NCBI GenBank assembly: GCA_002633005.1
Contig: NMRA01000464.1
Coordinates: forward strand, 248,001 to 312,000
DNA: 64,000 bases
Source: Phoronis australis
Lineage: Eukaryota > Animalia > Phoronida
Reading direction: 5' to 3'
Translations under genes and position numbers: made by a program
The notes under the pieces: generated by a model
Seen by the model: the letters and a program-made list of their open reading frames with translations, nothing else
Database searches by the model: none
What the model was told of the DNA's origin: nothing
Shown: positions 22,701 through 37,700 of the stretch, piece after piece
Numbering within the stretch: position 1 is the first letter of the stretch
How the letters are laid out: each line of letters opens with the position of its first letter

Positions 22701-25700
22701 TTGCTCTAGTTTACAAGTGTCAGACGCCAGTCTGGTCACATGGCACGGTTCGCTCAGTCTTGTGGTTAAAATCTTATTCAGTGAGTGGATTTGGCCTACT
22801 GCCCATTTAAAATACATAGTATGATATTAACCCAGAGATCAATACAGAGTAGCCCCTGTATAGCCAGCCTAGATTTGGATAACTTAAAGTGTTTTGAAAT
22901 GTGCTTAGTGCTTAACCAAGTTGGAGATAACTACAGGAAAGCTCAATTTAAAGGAACTAACAACTTGTTACTTGAGGCTTGACGGGCTCTTCAACAGTTC
23001 AGTTTAGCTTGTAGGCTGCGATACTCCCCATCAGATTTTGTACTAATCTCATCGTGTGTTTTTTAAACGGGCGGTAGTCCAAATTCGGTCACTGAATATT
23101 GGGTTTTCATCTCATCAAAAATGAATAGTACACTTAAAAATGTCACTTACAAAGGGTTTATTTTCTTCAGCGATCTTTTATGGCTTTATACATATCCTCA
23201 ATGAAGTATGTCTAGGAGAAAGAATTTCACCTTTCCTCTAAAGTAAGCAAGAATGCAACATGGTCATGTCAGGGCCCTCCAATCCCTTGATTTTGAGGCC
23301 AAACATCGGTTCCCCATTCCCCTCAGGAAAATATTAAAAATTATGCGAAATTGCCCTCATGAGGTCCGAAAATTCCCATCAAATGATTAAAAAGTTCTAC
23401 TCGCTTTTAATTCATACAGGCAACGATTTGAAACAGCACAAAATGTTATGTTTTGGCTACTTGAGGCAGAGCCTATGAGGGCTAGCGAAAAGGGTGGGGG
23501 TGCTATTGATGCCAACTGGGAGGTAGAATGTTCGTAAACAAATGCCCTCTGACGTCAAAGGCACTTTTCCTCTCAGGTGAACGAGGGTCCTGCATGTAAA
23601 TGTTAATGATATTTGAATAGTTACATATTTTGTATTTTCAGAAGTGTCTTTGGTTCATGACAAATTTGCTGAGTATAAGTGTGATGCTAATGAGGTTGTG
23701 CACTTCAAGTTAGGTGAGTTATTATTTCTATTAAGTTCAGATTTTGAAAATATGTTATTTTCCAAAGAACTGAAATTCTAGTTTGTATTATTTGTTCCCC
23801 GAGCACCATGTTGCATTCGCGTTTTCTCTGGAACACGAAGTGGAAAATGACAAAACGGTTTTGCATTTAGAAACATTCCGAAATTTGGTCTTATGTTCCA
23901 CATAAGTATTTCTGAAAAATAATTAAAACTCAGTGTAGAAAAGAACAAATTATTTGAGAATTTACCCATAACTGCTACACAATGAGAAAATTCTTACATA
24001 TTTTTTCGGGCAGTGATGTTCTAATAATTGCATGACAACTTTTATTTGGTAAATGTGTAGTGGGAACATAAGGCCAAAATTTCTCTCTTAAGTCTTAAGT
24101 TATCTTACATGAAAGAGTATGAAACAAAAAAGTTGGATGACAAAAATAAGCACTATTGCTGGTGGCTTTTTTGTTATTTTTGCTTTCTCAAGGTCTGACC
24201 AATGAGGAGTGCCCACAGTTAATTTTTAGAACTAAAATCTAACACTGTATGCAAATTTCATTTCAGGCTTATTAATTAGTCATGGCTGGTTAGATTTAAT
24301 TGTGGTAGTGAATGACTAGTGAACAGCACTGTTCATGTGTCATTCTGAGCTATTTACCCTTGTGGAAATCACGTCAAGATGTCATGAGCTCGTCAACTCT
24401 GAGGGGGAGTACCCAGATGAGTTTCAGAGTGACATGTAGTCTGTTGTCAAAGTTAGTAATGAGCATGCTTTCAAGGTATTAGATTCCTTGTTACTCTAGC
24501 CCCACCTGGTGAATTTTGTGGTTTTCTTTGAGCTTCTCAGGTTGTGTGCATGTGATGCAACTTATTTAAGCATTGGCTGCTGCTCATTATTAAATGTTCT
24601 GTCTTTTACAGTTCGACAAGAAGAAGACATATACGATGATACAAATGTCTTTAAACCTGCCATGTGTCATCAGACATTTGGTAAAAGGTAAGAGATCCAT
24701 GTTTATGTATTCATATCGACATTTCATGTTAACCCCACCAAGTGGCCTCCTGTATTTATGCATCCACTTAAAATGTGAAAATGAACAATTTGATTTGGTC
24801 CCCTCCAACACTGCAAGGTTTTGTGTGGGGATTTCTAAGGTTGGTTTGAGTTGTGATGAAGTAATGTCAGTTCAAAAATTGACTGGTCTATTTAAGCTAA
24901 CCCGTCAGTCTGACCTATTTACATGGCCAATGTAACCAGTCTTGACAAGAGTTTGGTGTAAATAGTCCAATATGATGTTACTGTGTGGATTTCACATGAA
25001 AAGCATTCAGTTGTAAGTTGTTTCTTTTCCGTTGTGTGTGTTCTTTTATGGCATAGTACCTTGTGATAAACAATTTGATATGGAACTATCCTTTGTAAAT
25101 GGCAAATGTCTATATGACGACTTAACTGCTCTCTGACCAGGTATTGGAGTGGACATTTCCTTACTAGCTCAATTCTTTTAAATTTTGTGTTTTTACGTTT
25201 TGTTTTTCAATTAAATCTGTTTAAAAGGTTACACTCATCAATGATTTCCATGGCGACCCTGAATGCATTAGACCTTAGCCATGTTTCATGTACTGAGTAC
25301 TGAAGTACGATACATTTAGTGCAATGGTTGCAATCTGGTTGTCAGCACATTTTAACCCTCAGTCTCGCAAGTGACACTTTTAATGCAATTTGAAAAGGCA
25401 GGGGAAATATTCATCAGGCAAATGCAATGTATTATAACGACAAGCTTAGCATTATTAGCAGTATACTTAAATTAAAGACTTTCATTTTACTTTTAAAACA
25501 TCTCGAAAGTGATATCACTGGCATGTGTGAAAATGCAAACATATTCCATCAAAACCGATCAAAATTATAGCCTTTTAGCCCACTGGCTTGCACACTACAT
25601 AACGCTCACTTTCAAAGACTGAACAAAATAGCCACCTTGCTATACATATACAGTCATGTGATAGCGAATCTCTGTCTATGTCCATTGGGTATGTGGTATT

Positions 25701-28700
25701 CTTTTGGGTAAAGCATCCTTTCAAATGACATTAAAAAGCTCTTGTTATGTGTTGGGTATTTCAAGAATAAATAGCTTTCTTACATCACATTAATTTCATA
25801 CCCTGTGTCCAGTGTCATTTATAACTTACGCTAAGTAAAAGGCAAAATTTGATATCAGTCAATTATCATAGTCTGTACAGTAAGTAGCCTTGAAATTATT
25901 AAAAACGTAAAGCACCATTGTGTGAATCTTCTCTCGTAACACAGAACCAGCCTGTAATAAACATGACCACATCAATTCTTACCCTATTATTACATAAGCT
26001 GACCAAAACCAATCATCTCTATTGATTAGTTCACTTACTTAGGAAAAAGTAGCGAGTGTATCAACGCTTTCTTAAGAATAATGTATACCAATGCACTAGT
26101 TACACTACTGTATAACTTTGGTAGGAATACCATTCAAGTACTCTGATAAATGTCACACTAAGCGAGTTATCATGTAATTGGTAATCTATGCTAGATGTAA
26201 TAACTTCCCTCTAATCTTTCATGCACTTCAGATAAATGCTTATCAAACTATCAAGTTCTCATGGAGTACCAATATTTCTGCATATTTTTTCTCATAAATG
26301 TGTTAAGTGGTGCCCATGCTTTATTCAGACTGCTTTTGCAACATGCTAGCCGTACTAGTGAGCTTGGGGTGTGCAGATGTACACAACACTTGACTTAAAC
26401 ATTTATAGCAATTGCCAGGAAAACTGGATTATAAACGAGACATGCAGCTGTCTCTTGTGGTTCTCCCTCACTTCCAGCGTGTCACAGTAAATAACAAGGA
26501 ACCATAGCATACGTACAAATACAGCGATAGAGAAACTGTACTTAACTCGTGATGATGCCATGTATAATTTCCAAAAGGACTTATCTCCAAGAACATGACT
26601 TTTTATAACACTAAATGTTGTGATAATAAACCTTATGATCACCTTTAAAATATAAAATTAGAATTTAAACACATAAAATAACAAATGAACGACAATCCGA
26701 CATTTACAACCTACAGTTCTATTCTATAACTCAAAGCACCTGGATGAGCAGTCAATCCTTTGGTTTCATCGGATAAATTATATTTGCACATAGCTCTCTT
26801 TTTGGTATTACTAATTACATGTTACCTAGCATATGATTGCTATTACCACTGTTGCAACCAAAACCAATGTTGGCTTACTGAGTCAGTCACACATTGGTTT
26901 GAGTTAGAGCAGGTACTGGTGATTGTCCTGGTAAGAAAACAATACCAGTGGCAACTATTCTTACATTTGAAATTTATATTAGTTCTCGTTTCAGCCTACT
27001 GCTATGTCAGAAGGTCACAAGGCAGTAGTAATATTGCCAACACTGTCCACTTCCTGGCAAGCAGCAAATTAGGTTATTGTTGATTTCATAACTTGGCACT
27101 TCATCATAGTTGAGGAACTGTCGAATGATATTGCTAGTTGTATAACGAGTCTGTGGTAATATAGTCAAGCACCTGTTTGCAGAGTGACATGTTCTGAATG
27201 CTCTTTTCTTTGGTTCCGTTTGGCCACCACCTGCAACCAGGTAAAACAGCCACCGAACATCATCACCACACCAGTGATGAGAAATGGAATCTTGAAACTG
27301 CCCACCTGGTCTCTTATCAGTCCTAGAACAAAACATGCCTTGTTAAATAGGAGTATATGCTAAACAAGGCGCTTACTAATATTGCAAGCGCTATATTTTC
27401 ATGCTCATGATTTTAACAAAATTTATGGGTTTTTTTAAGACTATTTATGCTGGGAAATTCCAAAAACACCAGGGCTCTGTTTCATGAAAAGTGACTTTAA
27501 GACGTCAGAAATTTCTTTGTGCACTCCACGCAACTACTTTATTAAAAGTAATTAAATCTCACTTGATTAAAAATGCATGCTAAGAAAATACATGTAACTG
27601 CTAGTTACTGAGGTTGCTAGAATGTTATGCAGTCATAATTACTTAGCTACCGTATTCGCCCTAATAAGCACCCGGGGCGCTTAGAAAAATTCGCTCCAGG
27701 AAGGGGGCCGCTTACTATAGCCCAAAAGTGGTTGAAACCTGGTCTTTGAAACAGGTGAAATCGTAAGCTAGAATTCATCAAATTTATGCTCTGTGACGCA
27801 TCTGTAACCTATGACAGAGTTTTTACAAAATTACAGTGCATTGCTATTAAACTTGGTTGTAAAATTACGAGCATTTTTCGGAAAATCCTAATGCAAGAAC
27901 TCAGCGACTGATGTATCACTGCCTCGCAATCGCCGTTAGGTCAACTTGAAATCTTTAGTAAAAATTTAGTTTCGACCTGTCCTGAAGTCCTCCTTAAGTT
28001 TTCAAAATATCATCCCTAAGATTTTTAAGTTCCTTTGGGGTCGGGATTAACTGCATATTAAGTCCAAATCTGCGCTAGATCGTACTCCGCAACACGAGAA
28101 AAATCTCTGGACGAACACACATGTTGTTGTCACATGATGTTTGTTTTGAAGTTCGTTTGGGTATTGTGTGAGAGAACCAGCGCGTGCATGTCATCAGATT
28201 TCATTTGCCAGAGTAAACGCGATGCAGCGATCTAGGTGTGCATTGTAACTAAGGAAATCAACAACAGTAGTAAAGCAGAACGTTTTATTTAGCACTTTTT
28301 GATCTCATCTGCCAAAAGAATTGTCTCGACAAGGCCGATGTCATAGAGTCGCCGCGTGACTGGATGCGTGACAGTCCATCAGTTATTTTTCGGGAGATTC
28401 GGGGGTGTAAGGGTGTGGAAGTGTTCTTTCAGTGGGTCGTTTTGACTTTAAAACCATCACAACTAATTTAATAATTCACCCTTAAAAATAACGCAGACAT
28501 ATTTCTTGCCAATGCTATGCTACCCGTTTCATGAATAGATAGTTCGATTACAGATTCTTGAATGTAGCGCGCGCTTCCTAGCCATGTGCTTTTTTTATTA
28601 GTCTTCGATTCGCGGTTTTCGTGTGAACAAATAGATTTGGATTCCTGTTGAGGGATAAAATACAAAACAATCCTTCTGGCAAGTACGCTGCATCTATTCT

Positions 28701-31700
28701 GAAAGGACACGTCCCTCGCAAGATCAGCAAAACTTGCGTTCTTTTTGAAGTATGGGGGAAGTTTGAAGTGTATAGTCGCGGCTAAATACCGACACAGCAG
28801 TGAGACTCGTGATCAACAAATTCCACATATTTTCAGGACTGTCGGATCTTATTGATAAATTGAAGACATTACTGTAGAATTTTAGAACTGTAGGTATGGC
28901 ATTTTTCACATGTGCACGGTGTTCATGAACAAGGCGCTTATTTTTGCAAAACCTGAAAACGCATGGGGGGTTGCTTATAGGGGCATGGGCACTCATTAGG
29001 GCGAATACAGAAAGCCTTTATTCCACAGTTGTGTGGGGAGCATAAGACTAATTTTCAGTCTTAAGTCACCTGTCAGGAAATGGGCTCTGCCGCCCCCTGC
29101 TTTTGAGACGCCAGCTATGTTATATCACTTACTCCATATTTTTGCATCGCCTGATATACCATTTTGTGCATCCATTCTTCCATTTAAAAATTACACTCGA
29201 TACTCCCCTCGTCTTTTGTGGGAGAAATGAGCATAGTGGTTTTCATGACCGTGTGGTTGACAAGCTGTCTTAAAAATTGCCTCTCAGAGAAACTGATAGG
29301 ATATTGTTGGAAAAACCGTTTCTATAGTTCCATGCTGCTTTGAGAATGCGCCTGTGTTCATAAATTGTCAAGTAAAATGATTTGGCAAGTGAGTTATTAT
29401 AATCCAAAGTGATCATTAAAACAATAAAACAGTAACAGCAACCATGGCATTACTTACCCATTAGTGGAGGCGCAATTCCTATGAGGATACCACTGACGAA
29501 CATCAAGATGCCAAGACCACCATTGGCTGTCTTTGTCAGTCCTATAGTTGCCTTAAGAACGGCAACATTTGCGCCAATAAACCCTCCTCCTCCAAAGAAC
29601 CCTATGAAGACCATGTGGGCACACATAGCTCCATAGGAGGTGCTGAATGCCAGCAAGATGGTGTTGAGTCCACTGATAAGCATAGACACAGACATGATGT
29701 GGTACTTCTCACCGTAAGGTTTGGCCGACCATTTATCAGTGAGGAAAGAAAGAATATATCTACTTGGCAGGTCACCAAAGCCTCCTATTGAGATCAAGTT
29801 ATAAGCGCTCATGCGGTCGATGCCCATGTCGAGAGCGTGCGATGGAGCCAGGGCGTAGCTTAACACATAGCCTACCATTCCGCAGCAAGACACAACCAGG
29901 TGGATGACAAATGGAGCCTCTTTTAGTAGTGTGAAACGAAAAGTCTTGTTGATTTTTTTGAGGCAGCTTATTACACGGCCTTGACCTTCATGCTCAGATT
30001 CATCATTCTGGTTATCTACATCTATCTGATTGAGTTCGAATTGACTGACAGTTAATGTGTCTCCTAATACTGTCTTACAACTCAACTGACTTGTTTGTGA
30101 ATTTAATCTGAGGAGTGAAGCATTCAAATTAGGCATGTGTTCGTTCGCGTTATCATGGCCTAATGTTTTGGGGTCGTCAACATCCTTGCTATCTAATAAT
30201 TGCTCTCCTGTCTTATCGCAGGGTTCCCAGAATTCCAGGGGTCGCATCAAGCAAGCACCAATGGTGGCATGTGCAGCAACGCCACCTAGTAGTAATATGG
30301 CACCTTGAAATCCATATAGATCACTGAGATATCTGGAATGAAAACATTGGTCTTGAGACCATTGTAGCTGATGTTCTTTCCAAATGAAAAGATTTTAAGA
30401 CAGTTTAACACCACAAAATATAACATTACGAAAAGCAACTTTTGATTTAGACCACCAACCATTCTCAAATTGGTGTTAAATTGTCGCGTAATAAAACTGG
30501 AAGTGATTTGAGATCTTGGGAAGAGCTGGCAATTATTATTGCATGAGACCAACCTATACAAGTTGGCTTGTCACGTTATGTCATTTATGCTCTGAGAATG
30601 TTCAAACAAACAGTCAGTTCTTCGCAAATTCTGAAACTGCTTCTCATGTGAGTTGAGTATAGTTTGATAATAGTAAGTGATCGAATTCCAAACCTTGCTT
30701 CTTGGACGGGGGGTTACCAGCTTAAAATTTGCTTCTTGGACTGGGGGATATCAACTGAAAGCAGCATTATTACAATATCTTAATGTACTGTGGCACTTAA
30801 TGAGTAACTTAACAATAGTTCCAAAAATAGAAGTGGTATACCATTACTCTGAATAGCAGTACTTACGTATAGAAGGCTGGCAAGAGGATTCCAGCAATTG
30901 GTGCTCCTGAAGTCGCCATGCCGAAGGCAAATGATGACCTCTTGTGGAAGTACTTCCCGATGATAATGGCTGTGGCTGTGTAACATAACCCAGTGCCTAC
31001 CCCCAATGGTACTGCATAAAAGACCACAACGTGGACGACATTGGTCGCAAACATGACAGACACATGAGCAAGCACAGTGATTATGCATCCAGCTAGAACA
31101 ACGGGACGGCTGCCGAAACGGGTTGTCAGCATGCTGGAAATAGGGCCTGTGGAAACACACAAACATGAGTATGTTGCAGTAACAATGAATTGCTTAAAGG
31201 TTGGATACAATGTTAGCACAATTTTCATTGGAATGGACCACATCCATTGCCCTTACAGTATACAATTTAGTTATTGGACATTGAAAGTTGCTGAAACCCA
31301 ATTTGGCGAATAAGACAGCTAAAATTCATATTAAATCAATTGTTTATTTTTTTAGATATCAAAATAAATATGATCTTTGATCTGGGTACAAAAAATCTTC
31401 AATGCTGTATTTTGATGAATAATATACAAAAGATGTGGTTTGATTTGAATTTTAGCTGCCACGTTCACCACACTTTGGTCAAGCAACTTCAAATGGCAGG
31501 AACTTCAAACAACAGCAATACCAGGCAACATCTGTCCAGTTCAGATATCAACTACCCGAATCTGTCCCCCAGCCATCATCTACATATCCAGACAACAACC
31601 GTTTAACAAAGTATTTGCAAACTATACTGTAACTGTTCATATACATTAGCATGACATCAACACATTGAATATAAAACCTTTGTATAACAACTTCTGTTGA

Positions 31701-34700
31701 AGCTCATCAAACAACTTCCATTTCCTGATAAGAACACATCTACAGAAAGTTTACTGCACCACTGGGTTCCAATGTATTTTTTACTGATGTTGCTAGCCTT
31801 TAAAGAAACTTGCAGCGAATCTGTGGAACTGTTTTTATAGTTTTGAAAGATTGCCAACTTCAGTCCAGTTTATTTTGAAAGCTACTGTATGTACTATATG
31901 AAAACAACTACGAATCAGAAAGCTAAAACTGCTAACCTTATTTACCAATCGCCCTGCTATGATAAGATACTTAACCACTCACTCATCATTGGCATAAGTA
32001 AATAGACAACAGAGGGCAGCACTGCAGCAACGGCCGTACTCTTTGTGAAGTGAATCTTGACCTCGGCCAATAGTAGTCCCATGTTACGAATCTGGCCCAT
32101 ACAGACAAAGGTAACTGACAAGCTGCCTGCAAAAAGTGAAAATGTTCATGACCTAGTGACATTGAAGAAACTCTGAGCAACTGCATAGTTTCATTATCAG
32201 TATTAGGGCAGCCACCTGCAAGTTTTTTAAATTCTGAAAGGTCTCGCAGTGAAATGGAAGATGCTAATGCTTGCAGGTATACCTTTGAACACAGTACGCC
32301 ATGATGCAGTCATGTAGATGTAGATTTATTCATGAGACTTCTCCAATTAGTGCTCAGCCTGATTTCCATTTGTGTTACCAGCATACTGCGTTGTATCAGT
32401 GTGACTTGGTAACAAGATGGCTGCCCTGGGATGGATAGTTCATGATTTTGAGAGGATTGATATTAGAACTAAACATAGATTTAACTTATGTTGTTATTGA
32501 ATTCTGTTCTATGCAGATATAAAAGTAACAACGGAATCTACATTGTGCAAGTTATGTCAGTCTGTAGCTATAGCATTCTGTCAATATAGCATTCTGTCAA
32601 AGAAACAAAAGTTTGACCAAGACCACTTACTGCTACCAGTTGGACGGGACTTGTTTAGTACTCAGATGGCAAGTGGACGGGACTTGTTTAGTACTCAGAT
32701 GGCAAGTGGACCGGACTTGTTTAGTACTCAGATGGCAAGTGGACGGGACTTGTTTAGTACTCAGATGGCAAGTGGACGGGACTTGTTCAGTACTCAGATG
32801 GCAAGTGGTTTGTAGGCTTTCCAACCCCACAAGCCACTTCTTTTTTGACTAAGGAACAACTCCAAATCAAATTTCACATCATTAAGTGGTGTAAGTGAAA
32901 CTTTATTTTTTTTTGACAGAAAATGTTAAAAACCATTTTAACAATGAACTAGTTAATCAGTGGTTTTACTTCTGTTGTTTAATTCATGACTTCACTAGTT
33001 GTGTGAACTGCCTAGCTACTGTTCCAATGAAATGGTTTCATAAAAACTTACCTAAGGCAACTAGCCAGGCCCAGCCTTTGTCTATCCATGGTCGCTCTTC
33101 CACTTTACTCAAGGTCCTACTTAAAATGTCATCGCTTGGATCATGTTGAGTATGTCCATTGATTTTCTTTACTGCCAAAGTTGTATCGTCCTGAGATTTT
33201 TCGATGTCTTGCAGATGAACATTTTCTGCGTTTGATGTGACAGTCATTTTCCTTGAAAATAAAGTAACATTAATAATGATATTTCTCCATGACTAAAAAC
33301 TAATTCATGCAATAAATCACCTCACAATCAATCTTTCATTAATATGTGGCAATTTTTTTTATCCTCAAACAAGATAGATCTCAAACAGTATGTTTGACAA
33401 GTGCCGTGAATAGTAGAATTGCCATCTCCTCTGTTGATGTCTATGCTCCTTTTACTAGCAGAATAGTTCCATCTTTTCCTGTTGACAAATACCACTTTTA
33501 AACAAACTATCAAGTTAAGCAAGTTGACGTATTGTGTATTTTACTAATATCTCATTAGTTAAAACATGTCATTAATTGCCTAATGCTTAGTAAAAGGGAG
33601 CAATTCTCTAGTTCCAGAGGTTCTGTAAGTAGCAGAAGCTCTAAATAAAATTCATGATCTTATTTTTGGCCAAATAACCAGGCAATAAATCACAAGGTCA
33701 AAATGATTAACTATCATTGTGCAAGGCTACCAAATTGCCCCCTGCTTCAAAATGTCAAGTCTGGTGAAAGTCCGATGAAATGTGATACTAGTGGGTGCTG
33801 TGTTCTCTGAAACACACAACTGTTACAATGTTGCAGGAACCCATGCATTTTAATAGGATAATAACTTCTGATACAGTGTTTTTGAGATTTTGTACTGAAT
33901 CTTTTAATTAGACAATATTAGTTTATATTTACTGATACTGTGATTTGCTAAATTTTACTTTCAAAATGTGTTTCTGTGATGACCTTAAGTCAGACATGTG
34001 AGTGAGATCAGTTATATGTTACTGTTATAAGATGGTATTGAACCCCCTATCATTATATCTGAATGTTAGATAACATGTCCCCAGAGTAGTATGTGCCCCC
34101 ATGTTTCATTATAGTTGATCTTTTATAAGTAAGCAATGTGGTTTGAACTGCTAGCAGTAAGCAAACAAATTTTATCAGATTAAAGGCTCTGTGTTCACAT
34201 TCGGATTGTCGGCAGTTTCAGTACCACTACATGTAGACAGGTGTGCTGCGATACAGTATTTCAAACTCAAATGTTGAAAAAGAATTGTTCTCTAAGATAA
34301 AGCATGTCCAATTTTGCTCGGTCTTGATTGACTCGCGAGATCACTGGACTATCATTGCATGGTATTTTCAGCACTAGACTAATTGGAAGTAATGTGAATG
34401 CATCACATGACATATCAACAGTATTGCTCCTAGGCCTTACCGGAATGGCCCCCTTCAGCAATGCCTCCCTTTAGCAATTCCCCCCTTTGGCAATGTCATT
34501 GTACTTCTCGTAGGCCATACCTGAATGCCCTCCTTTGGCAATGCCACAATACTGCTCACAGGCCGTACCTGAATACCCCCCTTTGGCAGTGCCATATAGT
34601 GTTGTTCATGGGCCATACCTGAATGCCCCCCTTTAGCGATGCCACAGTACTTCTCATTGACCATACCTGAATGAACATCAGTAATTTAAGCTCAGCAGCT

Positions 34701-37700
34701 GTTTGAAAGTCATCTGTGCCTTAATCACTTTAATGCATCAGATGCTCCAAATGAGACAGTAAATAGTCACATACAGGGGTCCCCGATTTTGAGAAAACTG
34801 GTTCTGAAAATGTCTTAAATCAGGTCCCAAACTTCATTATGAACGTTGACAGCAAACTCTCATTACTTTCGCTTCAATATCACCCACAGCACCTACACAG
34901 ACTATAGGGATGAGGCTACAATTATTTGCTGAGTCATGTGTAGGTCACCAAGCTATCACCAAGAGTCACAAATGAAGCACGGGAACTCCTCATGCAACTA
35001 TCATATGGGTCCCTTATATGAACACCACTATGCTGCATGACGATTAGTTGTCAGCTTTCAATCTATTAAGATGTCAAAAAGAGTTCCGTTTACTTATAGC
35101 TCCACCTTGTGAAGACCTTAGTTTTTGTTTTAAAGCCTATCTTGAAGGGTAACACCTGTAAATTTGATTCTTACAGCATGTTAAGAACATCCCTCCGAGT
35201 CCACTAGTGCCATAAATTGCCAAATGTTATGAACTGTGTATTGGCTTGCTTATTGTCTATGTGCCCCAGGACAATCACCTTTTAATTCAAACAGCTGTGA
35301 ATAACACCAGCATGCAATGGTGTTTTATTCAGACCCCTATTCAATAAACTGTTATGGCCTTTAGTTGTTTGTGCTGGGATCTCCCAGTGACATGGCACAA
35401 AAAGGCAGCTTCACCTTTCATTTGACAGGCTCACATTTACATGATTGAACTCGCATTTTCTTATTTTCCCAAGGCTTTGCTAGGACTATCTGGTTAGCCC
35501 AATACATCTAAAATAACAAACATTCTGTTGAAGTTAGGCTTTAATCCAATTGACCAACTTGTATTTACACTACTTACAGTTCAGTTTTCCTTGCCATGCA
35601 ATAACTTGACTGGTTGTAATTTTCTTATAATTACAAAATGACCTTGAGCTAGTCTATGTCTCTGTGCCTGTGGATCATGAACATTTGATATAAAACATGT
35701 GAGCAAACTGGAGTTGCATCAGCCTTCTCATTTTGGCTTATGCAATGTTTTATGTAATTACACAACACCTCCATAATGTATGAAATGAAACAATTTTTCT
35801 GATCCTTAAATAGAAACTTACTTTTTGAGAAATCTGTGTAGTCTTCTTTCATACAGGTTCATGTGTCACTTTCTGTGCAGGCAGCCATTTTATTTGGTGT
35901 CAGTCAGCTGTTGAAAAATGGTATCTTCCACTTTCAGGGGTTGTTAGGTCTTGGAATAGGCCATGTACTCTGCTAGTCGGGATAACTGCAGGCAACATTG
36001 ACACCTTGCCATTCGGTGATAAAGGACTGTAGAGTGCAGTTCAAAACGTCCGAAAGGATGCAGTCTCTGGCTGATATCAGTGAATTTCTTTACCATTTGG
36101 ATTCAATTTAGCATATTGTAAAGTTCAAAAAACCTCAGTCTTTGTCCATTTTGCTTTCAGTCTTAGCAACATGAAACACGGACATGCTTATTTCCATTTG
36201 TCATTTCCCTACCAAAATCCAAATTGTGACAGTACATAGACTACCGCTAGACTTTTAAATCTATGAACAAATTAACTAAATTATCTTAAAGACCTGGCCT
36301 CAAAATGCCCATGTGGTTCCAGTATCCGAAAATACTTACTACATAAAATCTTATTTTTGACACCCTTTATATTCTTTCGCCTTTCTTGCCAAAAGCGATT
36401 TTTTAACAGTATTTGACCCTTCTCTGTGAGCGTATAATTACGGAGGTCATCGGTTATTTCCGTACCCATAAAGTTATCTCACTAGTGAGATAAAATTTTG
36501 GCGGGAAACCGAGGCAGGATTGGAACCCGGGCCTCAAGAGTTTCGAGTCGCCGACTATACCACTACACCACTTAGCGGCTGACGTCATAGGACGTGAAAA
36601 TAGAATACTTAAATGAGCATGCGCAACAATCACATGTTCAGAAAAGGCATTGCACTGACATTTATACGCTATGAAAAATAAGACGCATAATTTCCATAAA
36701 AACAATATTTTAATTCAGTGAAATTTTTCTCTCGTGTTCTCTGACTTATAAATCACCGATCTTCAATTTGAATGCGGGTATCCTTTGACTTGAGTATTAT
36801 AGTCAGTTGCTAGTGGTAACCTACTTTAGCAGACGATATTTTGCCGGTCGAAGCTTAGCGTGATAAAATGTGTAGTAAGCTATAATACTTGCTAAACCTT
36901 AATTTATGGATTCAATTTATTTCTATTTTGTTTAAAATTTCAATTGGTTTTGAGTATAACCTTTATTTGACAAAAATAACTCGGCTTTTCTTAAAAGGTC
37001 ACGACCTTCGACCCCGGGCCTCTGACATAGAAAGTAGTTACAAAGCCGAGGCGAGTCGAGAAAGGTAGATCGATTCATTGCAATGTTTCTCGTTCAGTAT
37101 CTGGTATAAATAGATTATTACATGTTCTCAGTTGTTATCCCTCTTATCTAGAGCCCTCGTAGATTTTGGAGAATTATCACCCTCAGGGCTAATGCCTCTC
37201 GGGCGATAATTTTCCAAAATCCACTCGGGCTCTAGATAACGAGGGATAACGACTTCGCCATGTAATAATCTATATTTAACTTGTTTATGTAGTGACTTAG
37301 ATTTAAAGTTTTATTTCATTGATGTTAGCAATTGAAGATACTGTTATAAAAAGTTGAATCTTTAAAATTCTTTTCATACCAGTGAAGTCTGCCTTTGATT
37401 GACAGCTCTTTGCAATGTTTCTTGTTGCAATAAGCTCTCCTTTGCACAAGTCCATGTGTTCTGGCGCAGTGTCAGCTAACGATTGACAGAAACAGGTGAC
37501 TCTACGTACAGCTTATTCTTTTATTCGAGTGCCGTCGGTACATAGACAAACCCGTAAACTGAAATAAACAAAACCCCAAGTCACTANGAAAAGGCATTGC
37601 ACTGACATTTATACGCTATGAAAAATAAGACGCATAATTTCCATAAAAGCAATATTTTAATTCAGTGAAATTTTTCTCTCGTGTTCTCTGACTTATAAAT

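Noticed and set aside
32641-32808. 33-bp repeats resembling a CRISPR array
   Set aside because: No unique spacers, no cas genes and a eukaryotic intron context; it is a minisatellite.
36500-36579. Functional tRNA gene
   Set aside because: Acceptor and anticodon stems do not pair and the B box deviates.
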